64,000 bases of DNA from Octopus vulgaris (taxonomy: Eukaryota). The stretch spans positions 12,648,001-12,712,000 of the forward strand of contig OX597824.1 of NCBI GenBank assembly GCA_951406725.2. The letters run 5' to 3'. Below, piece by piece: positions 1 through 38,173 of the stretch. Under the pieces are notes generated by a model. The model had not been told where the DNA came from, did no database searches, and was given only the letters and a program-made list of their open reading frames with translations. The translations under genes were made by a program, and so were the position numbers. Positions within the stretch are counted from its first letter, which is position 1, and every line of letters starts with the position of its first letter.

Positions 1-976
1 CAATCCAAATAATAAAGTTTGGATATTAACATTTTCTGTAAAATAAAATGTTGATATATCCATAATATCGGTTACTGTTGCAATAATATGTTCGTATTTA
101 CAAGTGACCGTGTTGTGTGTGTGTGTGTGTGAATGATAGACTGCGTTCATCAAAAATAAAAGTGTAAAATGCTTTTTTTCTTAAACACGAGATATATTCT
201 TCAAATTTAGGATGTTTTTGAAAGACACTATTTTATAATCAGATTATATATACTTTCTTACACAACAATTAAAATATATTTATTTTAAATCACTTATTTA
301 TCTATTTATCTATAAAATGCAGGATGTGTATGTGTGTGTACACGTGAATGTAATTTATGCACGTCCACAAATTAGCACGCATGTCACTACAATTTTAGGA
401 CATTGGTCACGGTCACGACTGTGTTTTTATCAACTTATTTTCCCCGAGGCACCCACAGATAGTGATAAAAATAGATTTTCAACCATAACTTTTACCAATT
501 GCCACGTCGGTGAAATCTGTAAGTTTGCTAATATGAGTTAAGTCACCTGTCTAGCAATGGCGAGAAAGAAAAACAATGAATAAATTTTTAGATTAATACC
601 TGCACGATTTTCACTAAGAAAAAAGAAATACACTTAGATTTTTTACGTGGAATCAAGTACCCTCACCTCCTAATATGCTGCAAATCTCTTATTTTGGTTC
701 GAAAAAAAAGGGTGGGGGCGAGCCCCCATCCAACCCCGGAATCATTGGGAATTCTTTTTGCTTTTTTTTTTCGTTGAATAAATTCCTGTGACCTCCTAAT
801 ATGCTACAAAACACTTTTTGGGTTCGAAAAATGGGGTGAGGTGAGGTGGAAGCCTCGGAAATTTTATCCACTCCCAACATTTTACAGAAATAAATTTTCC
901 AGAGTGTGAATTACATGGTTCATTATTATTATTATATATATATATATATATATATAGTAGAGAATGTGACATATTG

Positions 977-1034
<58 letters not shown>

Positions 1035-1544
1035 TGTGTGTGTGTGTGTGTATGTATCATAGCGTGCAAACCTTCGATGCAACCTTCTCTAATGTATAAA
1101 TATAGATTTTTTGAATCAGCAGTGTTGTGTTCGGTTAAGCCCTATTTGGGGGTGAAAAATCAATAAACCGATTCCTTTTGGGGTTTCCATTCAATGAGGA
1201 TGAAAAATCTATTAACTGATTCCTTAGAGGAATTCTCACTAAAATTGGCTACACATCATTTTCAACCATAACTTTTACCAATTTTCATGTGTTTTGTTCA
1301 AACTTGATGTCGGCGTTACATCGGACTCATGGGATCTTTGAATGCTTTAAGTTCTCAAAAGAAAAAGCATGGAAAAATCGATAAAACGATTCCTTATGAG
1401 GTTTTCCAATCAAATTGTCTGCAAACCATCTTCATCCAAACGTTTACCAGTTTCAACGGATTTCGCTCAAATTTGACGTCGATGTTACTTAGTTTGGTTT
1501 GAAACAAAGCGCGTGATTAGCTTTTTTATATATTTATATTTATA

Positions 1545-2005
1545 GTGACAGGGTTTGACAGAGGACACATGAAAACACCACTGCTATTCCGCTTCATCTT
1601 TCAGTATTTACTGTTATGTAAGTCCTGCAGTATTCTCTCCATGACTTCCAAAGCACGTTCGGTGTTGTTGTACGTTGGCTCCAGACAATCACCGAGCATC
1701 TAAGAAGCTTCACTCGGTTCTCTAATACCTGGTAATTTTGCAATTCAATGAAACATTTTGCGCCGAGTCTATTGGAAACTGAAAGTAGATAAAACATTCA
1801 CAGACCCAGGAAGGTCTATAACTGTATTACCTAAAATAGGAACGGAAATAGCTTTGGTTTTATGTTGACAGACTTTGGTAAACAAAATACTTATAAGGGA
1901 TGTCTTTCTCGTTCCAGCAGGACCCTCAAGGCAGCACATACCAGTCCCATGTTGCTGAACCCTTTTCAAAAATAAAATAATAGACAGCCTTTTGGTTTGC
2001 ATTTC
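1545..2005 (-). mobile_element. Degenerate Helitron (Pif1-like) helicase fragment
   Basis: Frameshifted motifs LEGPAGTRKTSLI (Walker A GxxGTGKT), LLRCSVIVW, RALEVMERILQDL, VVFS..CQTL. Confidence 0.7.
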
Positions 2006-2089
2006 GACGAGTTACATCAAAGTCTAATGAATGGAAAGAAATTAGGTTAATAAAGTTGTGACTCAGAGAAAATAATAAAATACTGGAGC

Positions 2090-2095
2090 TTTATT
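2090..2095 (-). terminator. Candidate polyadenylation signal AATAAA of gene A (equivalent site near 50583 for gene C and near 47978 for gene B)
   Basis: TCAATAAAGCT context conserved roughly 250-290 nt after the stop in all three paralogs. Confidence 0.55.
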
Positions 2096-2378
2096 GATTA
2101 AATTAAACATTGCAACTATCGTAGGAATAGTTATTGTCTTATCTATTTCTATTCTCTAAATTTTATGAAGTTTATGGGTAGATAATCCTGCACACATGTT
2201 GATAACAGTAGCGTGTAGGTCAATGAACTGAAATTTATGTAATTTCGTGAAATACTATTTTAAAAATAGTAGTATTTTACGGAAATTTGATATCTTTTTA
2301 CATCAAAGTGATATACTTTCAACTGTACAGCCAGTGAACTGTGAAGTGGTGCCCTCAAATATATAAGACAAATATATC

Positions 2379-28783
<26,405 letters not shown>

Positions 28784-30593
28784 ATTCCTATGTTATTGCT
28801 GCAATAGTGTATTTATATTTTCGTTAAGAGCCTAGTTTTCTTTAGGACGATTGTGCTTTACTTCCTGTACACAAATTTGTGCAGATAACATGATATAAAT
28901 ATGCTCTAAGTCAACCGAAAATAAGTAGGTTAGCAGTTTAGCTTGCAACGAATATTCCTATAATCGAGGTCGCTTTTTTCCAAGTGCATGAGTACTAAGT
29001 TCACTGGAAATTACTGACGGTCATGTTGTTCTCACATTTTCAGTTTAACTAGAAAAGGTTACCAATCTATTAATATCAACATTTAACAACTTGTTTACAA
29101 TAACTTTTTGTTGGTGCTATACAGTCCCAAGTCAGCCTTGATTAAACAGACAGAACACAGACAGGCAGTTTGGCATAATGTGTATCATATGTGAGGAAAT
29201 TTGGGAGGTCCCGTGTCAGACTAAATTTGTTGCAATACTATATTTTATAGGTCCCGCATTTTTAAAGACCTCACATTAAATATGAGAAATCTATCGATTC
29301 CAAATCAGTGATTTTGTGCATGTTTTATTATTATATTGCTATCGCAAAGAGTATGTGCTGGCAGAATCGCTTTCACGCCGGACAAAATGTTTAGCAATAT
29401 TACTTCCGGCTTCAACTTTTGAGTTCAAATGCTGCCGAGGTTGGCTTTGTTTTTCATCTCAATTCTCAACATTTTATCAAAATACTGTACGTGTGTCTAT
29501 GCGAATTATAAATTGATAAAATAACTGTTTTGGTTCAAGAATTTTGCAGTTCAAGAGTCTTTCTCTTTATTTGGTCGTGATCCCCTCAAAGGTATAATAC
29601 TAACAGGGGAATCAATATTCGGATTTAATCTATGATTCAAAATATCTTCTATAATAAAAATGTATTTTAATTCAGTCTTTTACTCAATGAATTAATAAAA
29701 ATAATTAGTGCGATGCAGTGATTACAAATCTCGTTTTGTTTATTGTTATAAAGATTTTAATACTTTTCTCTGTGGTCGTGAAGAAATTGTTGGCCCTCGA
29801 CATAATGAAAATTACTTGGGATTGTTGGACTTACTGGATATGTTTGTCCATTTTCTGGCTGGACATATAAATATAGGGAACTACTGGTCATACTGGTGTA
29901 TGCAGTGAAGTATAGTGTGTTTTCAAGTGACAAATCTGAATGCCTCCTTAATAAGAATTAATGCAACGACAGTTATGTTTTCCTTTGAAGTTCAATGTAA
30001 TGATTTTTTCCACCTTCTCTCCCTGCATGCACAAACAATATTCTGCACTCAAATACTTCAAAGAAGAGCCACCATCTGCGTCTGTAATCTCACCAGGATA
30101 GACCATTCCTGAAAGTGGAATCTAAAAATACATAGCACACAGATTCCTCAAACAGAAGAAATACTCCACAATGATGAACTACCTCAGCACACAAGTATAA
30201 GAATACCACAACCAGAACGAAAAGAAAATAATGCAAACAAATTTACCACATAAGAGTTTGCCCAAAAGAAAAATCCAAAAGCAGACAAACATTTAAAAGA
30301 ATCCACTCGAGTGAAACGTCCTTTATTCATTGTTTTTTATTCACGAGAATTCACGAGAATCTCAGCGAAATAAACGTGACTGTATTTTCCAAAATGGAAG
30401 CGAACAACTTCCTCTATGTGATCGGCTTTAAAAATTGTTAATACATCAGGATATATTCCTACTTTTCTTAACATGAAACCAATGATAGCCTTAATTCACG
30501 ACTAAAGAAATCATATGCATCAATTCGGTGTTGAACACTCATTTTCATCGTTCAACATTTACATGTGTGTGTGTATGTGTGTGTGTGTGTGTA

Positions 30594-30644
<51 letters not shown>

Positions 30645-30684
30645 ACACATATATATATATATGTAAATATGAATATATATATAT

Positions 30685-30870
30685 GATAGATCGTTAGCCA
30701 CTACACACATTTTTTTCTTTCCTTTTTTTTTCTGTGTCCCTTTTTGTAGAAGAGCGTAGGCTCGAAACGTAAAATACTTTTTCTATTCCTGAGCGTTATA
30801 CTAATACATCTGTTTGTTTTGTACACCACCTGTCTTCGTCTTTTGTTTTTTTCGTAAACTCTCCCTATAT
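30685..30870 (+). mobile_element. Short repeat family with hammerhead-like motif (copies at 27705-27832(-) and 54979-55382(+))
   Basis: GATAGATCGTTAGCCACTACACAC...TGTAGAAGAGCGTAGGCTCGAAACGTAAAA shared among three copies. Confidence 0.6.
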
Positions 30871-31512
30871 ATATGAATATACTTGCATATATGCACATAC
30901 TCACATATATACCCAAACATGTGTTAGGGAACGTCTGTGTGTCTATGTGTGTGCACTTATGTATATGTAGAAGCATAAGTAAGATGTCACTAAATAAGTG
31001 ACAGTTTTATGTGCTTCTAGTGTGAAGAATTATTGTGGAAATTGGAAGATTTAATACTTCACAATAGTCAGCAGTTCCATCACGGATTGGGAGTCTTCAT
31101 ACGTGCGTACGATTGATATTTTACCTATCGAGTGTAGATTTGGCTTACTTCTATCTAGGCTTTATGGTGTGAAACGGATACATTTTTAAATATGAATTTT
31201 CAATAATATTTCTTCGTTTTTATCTGTTAACACTGGTGGCATGTGTGTTCGTTAGATTTGTCATGAAAGATTTATTATCATAAAGACTGTAAGGGTATAA
31301 ACATGTTTATGCCGAAGAATGATGATTTGACAATTAATAAGGATGAGAAAGGTTATGGAGTCAAGTTAAAGTCTCGTTGACAGAATTTTAATTTGAAGGT
31401 CATTGGTATCATTTAGTGTTGAGTGTTTTGATGGTAAAATATGGGTCATTGCATCGATGTATATTTATATAAATCTAGCATGTATGCGTGTGTGCATGTA
31501 TATACGTATTTG

Positions 31513-31690
<178 letters not shown>

Positions 31691-34660
31691 GTATGTATGT
31701 ATATGTATAAATACAGAGCTGAGTGTTAGCTCGTTCATCCGTTTATCATTAATTAACGAAGTTAATATTTTCTATAACGATTTAACATTTAAGCCAACTT
31801 TGAAAATCATTATTAGACTAATTAACTTCCGCTACATTTAATCAAGTCCGTTAACCCACAAATTTCATAAAAACTGGTGAGCGTTTAAAAGTTTCTATTG
31901 GTTTCAGGTTGTCTTCGCATATTTGATAATGTACGCGTCATTAAGGCGGCGAGCTGGCCGAAACGTTAGCACGCCGGGCGAAATGCGTAGCCGTATTTCG
32001 TCTGCCGTTACGTTCTGAGTTCAAATTCCACCGAGGTCGACTTTGCCTTTCATTCTTTCGGGGTCGATTAAATAAGTACCAGTTACGCACTGGGGTTGAT
32101 ATAATCGACTTAATCCGTCTGTCTGTCCTTGTTTGTCCTCTCTGTATTTAGCCCCTTGTGGGTAATAAAGAAATAGGTATTTCGTCTGCCACTACGGTCT
32201 GAGTTCAAATTCCGTCAAGGTCGACTTTGTCTTTCATCCTTTTGGGGTCGATTAAATAAGTACCAGTTACGCACTGGCGTCGATATAATCGACTTAATCT
32301 GTTTGTCTGTCCTTGTTTGTCCTCTCTGTGTTTAGCCCCTGGTGGGTAGTAAAGAAATAGGTGATTTAAATTAAATTATGTACATATCGTGTTTTTCATT
32401 TTTTAAAATTTTCATTTTTACAACCACTTTATCAATAAACTATTTTTTTTAGTTTAATTGTGTTTCATTTTAGTGTTTTTACCCTTTTCTGGCTCTAAAA
32501 GCTTTCAAAAACCTAAAAAAGGGCTAAAACTATGAAATCAACCTTTTTTAGTCCCAATAAAATTTACAACTATAAGATCAGCACTTTTTAACTCTAATGC
32601 AAAATCGAAAAAGCTGACTTTATAGTTTTGGCACTTTTTAACCCTTTAGTGTTTAAACCGGCCCAAACCGTTGTATCTAATTCCCCTACGAAACCTTTAA
32701 AAAAATAATCAAATCACGTTAGGGAATTCTCGTAGCTTTGAGATAATGTGAAGGCTTTTCTTCCAGAAAGTACAGAACAGGGAGAAAAGCAAAATTAACT
32801 GAGGTGGATGTCAACAGAGAGAATATTGACTTCCATAAAGCGGAAAAAATTAACGGAAGGAAAAATGGTGGTAAATATTTCGGTGTGAACGCAAATAGCT
32901 GTTATGTGGTAGCAGAGCATGCTAGAAATAGCAGCCAAATCTGTCCTTTGCTGGAAAAATGAGCCGTTTACACGTGATTTCGATGTCACATTCATTGAAA
33001 TTATGCGAAATAACCTGGAAAAGAAAAAGAGCCGCGGAACAAAACTCCCTTGGTGGGAGACCTCCAGGTCCCCACTACCCCTTCCTACTTTCTTTTCCGG
33101 AAAAAAGTGGCTTGCGGCGGTTTGGAGGTCAGATACTTTGAATGCACCCGAAAAAACTGTGGAAAAAATTATTCCATACCGAGGTACGAAATATTTACCG
33201 AAAGAATAAAATCTTGTATTGATTATACCTGTATTTTAATTAATTCAAATTAATGTACATCATCTTGAAAATTGACAAAATATTTGTCGGTTGCTATCTA
33301 GGATAATTTTAGTAAGAAATCAAACAGGTAAGATGCATTAAGTATTTCAATTTTAGTGTATATCCATTAAATTTACCTGCCCATAAAAGTCAAGTTTAGT
33401 CAGCAAGATCAGCTAAAATTACATAAATATTTGCATATAAGGCACCCACTGAGAACATTTAAAATCAGCATGTGGCAAATTTACAATGTTACAAGCAAAT
33501 ATTGTGGGCACTTCTCTTAAACCTGAATAATTCAAAATATCGGGAACAAACAAGCATTACATTTGACAGATTAATATGAACAGTAAAGATGTTTTTAGTT
33601 CGACACCGAATTTCAAGAAAATAATTACTCATAAAACTGCACAGCATAGTGTGCAGACATAAAAAACAAGCGCCCGATTAACGGTGCCTGTTTGAGTGAG
33701 GCCATCGTCTATGAAACTACTGTGATTTCTATCAGCAGCAGAAATGCAGCTGTAACTAAAAATATGTGGCTTTTACAAGGGGGAATTTCAAGGCAAAATT
33801 TTATAATCACAAAGTAACAATAAGAATGAGAAAAGAAATGCCACTTAACATTATATTCTTTTAATTTTGTATTGTAAAATAGTGATTAAGATGAACTTTG
33901 TCTCTAGGATTGATTATTTTCATTTTCTTTTTTGCTCTTTGTATTTTATCTTCGTATCTGAAAATACATTGTGAACCATTTGTTTATGTTATGGCTATCA
34001 CTTCTTCCCGCTGTTTCTTAGTGGATTTTAAACCACGAATAACAGCGCAGAAATGCATTTGCCAAACATATTTTGGTAGTTAAAACTGCATAAAGAAAAC
34101 CTGTTCTTGTAGCCCAAGTATTAAGTGCTGTGCTTAAAAGAATTCAAAAGATTTTTATTAGAAAAAATTCAATAGAGAACTTAATAGAAATTTTTTTTGA
34201 TTTCACAAACTGATCAGATTACAAATTGTTTTATGCGCAGAACTTTGCTAGAGGTCAAAGTTTACTTCGACTCCTCCGAAAATTAATGAACGAACCAGTC
34301 ACATCAAGAATTACAAAAAATGTTGAAAGGCCTCAACATCGGTATAACTTGTAAAACTTCATTGATCTGTAACACATATATTAATGCACTGGAAATTTTC
34401 ACCATGGTAATGATCAAAGCTCGGTTCATAGAAATAGAATATTAATTCTGTTCTCCCCAACAAAAATCACAAAAATATCAATAACAACTGAATCTTTCGG
34501 TATAGAGTTAACAGAGCAGTCTGTAAATACATGTTGGTGAGCGCCTTATACCTTACGAAAACTATTATAATGTTCAAGTAAAGTTGTTGGACATTTCTTC
34601 TCAAATAAATCGAGAGAACTGAACACGACGGACCAGATGTTGTAATATATAGTCGTCGAC

Positions 34661-34980
34661 TATTCAATTCTATTCAATTCAATTCAATTTTTATTGGCTC
34701 AAAAAGCAAAAGCAAGTCAATGTAGGGGGAACAGGGAGTTATGTACAGTGAAGGTGGTCATACAAAGAGTTCAGGCCATTTGTGGTCAAGAGAGACTTTG
34801 AACCGAGCGGACGTCGGCATCCTCACTATCTCGTCCGGCTGCTTATTCCTCGGATCCGCAACCCGGACGGAGAAAGCCCCTCTCCTTCGATTGAGATGAA
34901 ATCGTCGTAGATAGAGCTTTTCGGAGTAACCCCGTAGCCCACGCTCTGGAGCAGGAGTGAAGAACAGCTCTTTCGAGACT
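34661..34980 (-). mobile_element. CR1/L2-like LINE 3' end with (ATTGA)n tail
   Basis: RRGAFSVRVADPRNKQPDEIV...FKVSLD; AATAAA followed by (ATTGA)n. Confidence 0.75.
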
Positions 34981-35805
34981 ATACTATAAGAAACTACGTA
35001 ATGTAATTCACGTGGCATGTCCATTTGACACTAGAATAAAAAAAAGTAGAGCCCTATAATCCTTACATTATACCGACTTAAAGTTGAAAATCCTCAAGTG
35101 CTGGGAGAAACATGGTCATGTGAATGACGGTTGTTATTGGAGCCATGAGAACAATGACAAAACATTTGAGAAGGAACTTTGAAAACCTTAATCTTAACCT
35201 GGGATGAGACACAATACAGAAAAGACCTCAGTAAATCTAACATAGATATGAAAAAAATAATACTCTTCCACAAAAGGAACAAACTGGTCCTCATTCTAGG
35301 CCACAATTATGGTGAAACAGAAAACACCAATCCCGTGAAAGTTATTCTTTCGAATTTTGGCGTAAGGCCGTCAATTTTAGTAGTGGGATAGTCTATTACA
35401 TCGAATCCACTACATAACTAGTATTTTATCGACCCCGAAAGGATGAAAGGCAACGTCAACTTTGCTGGTAGTTGAACACAGAACTTAAAGATCCGGAATA
35501 AAGCTGCTAAGAATTTTGTCCGACGCATTGACGATTCTTCAGTTCACCACCTAATAATATTAACTATAATAATGGTTTCAAATTTTGGCCCAAGGTCAGC
35601 AATATCGGGGGAAGAGATGGGTCGATATATTCGACTTATTTAGTACAACTATCAATCGTACTTGTTTTATTGACTCACAAAGGATGAAAGGCAAAGTCGA
35701 CCTCGGTATAATTTGAACTTAGAACGTAGCAGCAGACGAAATACCACTAAGCATTTCGTCCAGCGTACTAACAATTCTGACAGCTTGCCACCTTTACATA
35801 ATAAT

Positions 35806-35875
<70 letters not shown>

Positions 35876-36986
35876 GGACAACATACATACACACACATTG
35901 CATACATGTGTTTTGTACGGATACATGTTCGTGTGTGTGTGTGACTGAAGCCATTCACACATACATATATAACCCATGTCTGTCTGTTTTTGCCTGTCAA
36001 TCACTCACTAAAAAGACGAAATTTTAAAAATCTGTTGTCTCTCTCTCTTTTTCTCTCCTTCTCTTTACACCCTCCAAAGAAGGGGACTTAACTCATATTT
36101 GCAAATGATGGTGTATTTCACCGACTTGAAAATTGTTAGAAGTTATGGTTCAAAATTATTTTCACCGCTATTCGTTGGTGCCTCGGGGGAAAATAATTTG
36201 ACGAAAATACAGCTAGGGTCGTGACGAAGTTCCTCCTAAAATTTGAGCGACATGCGTGTTAATTTGTGGATGTGCATAAACTACATTCACGTACACACAC
36301 ACACACACATGCACACACAACCTACCTTTTATATATACAGATACAAATGAAGATATATTGCTATTAAATATTTCCAGTGACTAGAGTGATTTTGTGCCAC
36401 CGAAAAACAACATAAAGCGGACACGTTTACTTTCTAGTAGTGACGCTGAATGACTGAATGATTTTTTCTCGTCCCTCTCTAATTTTTCTATCCCTCTGCC
36501 TCCGCCTCTCTCCTCTCTCTCCACGTGACGGGTGTTCGGCCAAGCCAGACCTTTCTTTCTTGGTTCGACTACCATCCGTGCAACATCTATATTCCTCCCC
36601 ATGCGTGTCATCTCATATGTCCCTGCCATAAGGCTTCACTTCCACACACACCAGCTTAATTTAATTCGTCCTTAGTCGAAAGACACCTGTTGTTAATGTC
36701 CTGTTATTGGCATTTGTATTTGTGTACCATTTCTCGTTTTTTCCCCCTCCTTGTTTTCGTATACATTCGCTGGTTTCTTCGAAGGAATCTAGTGCTCTTA
36801 GCATAGTTTTTTCCGTGGCGCTTTCCAGATTGGAGCAGTTTCGCGCATAACCTGCCGAAATTGCAAAGACAATCTAGAACTCGACTGAGGGAAGAAAACT
36901 CCGAGTGACCCGTCCTTGTTTCTTCTTGTACTTTTTTGTATCATCTGTCTGGATATTTTGCAGTATTTTCCGATTTTGTGTCACCC

Positions 36987-37044
<58 letters not shown>

Positions 37045-37803
37045 CAATTTATTTGTATATGAAAATCAACACTTTTTTTAATAAACATAATTGGATGGAT
37101 TATATCTCTAATTTTTATATGTACACTGTATATTGACAAATTGTTGAGAACCTCTAATTTAAAGTGTATTGGATCTCGGAAATATTTCCACCATTCGATC
37201 AACTTTTAGCCATTCCTAAATGTTGAAGGCAATAATAGTACTATTGTAATGGAGCATGTGCAGAATCATTGATTTAGAACTGACAGAGTTCACATAGTTA
37301 ATGTGAAGTAATTGAAAATGCACGATCAGTACAATATATTATTGCTACTAGATTAATTCACCACTGGACCTACCCAGTCCAGTGACGTATAATATGCAGT
37401 ATATCACATTTCGACTGACTACTTACCTGTCTTAAATCTGTTTGATCGACTTGGAGTTACTCAACAACAATAACAACAACTACAACAACCCATGGCTAAC
37501 AAGTAATAACATGGTGATCTTAATGGATTGATAACCTATTTTAGAGAAATTAAATACATGTTATAACGACATTAACTGCAATACATACTGAAGCCAAGTG
37601 CTCACACATTAATTAAAAGAAGCAGACTAATATATATATATATAAAGAGTAATCTCGTTAAAATACCATTTATAAGATTTGGCTGACTTCTAATTGTATG
37701 CAGCGGATTTTAACAACCCTTATCTTTAAGAACTCTGGGAGCTGAGTGGAATATATTTCAAGCTTTAAATACGAACACATAACTGCAGCAACAACATAGG
37801 GTT

Positions 37804-38173
37804 ATGGATATTTGTCCATCATATGCTATAGAAACTATTAATATACAAAGTTTCTTGTTTGGATTAGTCACTCTGTTGCTCGTACGCTGGTTTATGACGC
37901 GTAAAAAGTACAACTACAATTTACCTCCGGGTCCCACTTCATTTCCAATAATTGGAAATCTACCTCAGATGATCACAACCACAGATCTTTGCTCGAAAAT
38001 GAAAGATTTTCGAAAACAATATGGAGATATTTTCAAACTCAAACTTGGTTCTGACACTCTGGTGACTGTATGCAAAACAGAATGGATTTTAGAAGGATTA
38101 GTAAAGAAAGGAGAGGAATTCAAAGGAAGACCCTACTGGATCTACATGACGAAGCTATTATCCCGAAAACAAG
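37804..38173 (+). CDS. CYP gene B exon 1
   Basis: MDICPSY...SRKQ; donor AAG|GCAAGT at the position homologous to the gene A donor. Confidence 0.88.

Noticed and set aside
470-1500. Dispersed short direct repeats (TTTTCAACCATAACTTTTACCA, CCTCCTAATATGCT) as a CRISPR-like or regulatory array
   Set aside because: Irregular spacing, degenerate units and eukaryotic context; most likely a decayed non-autonomous transposon I cannot classify.
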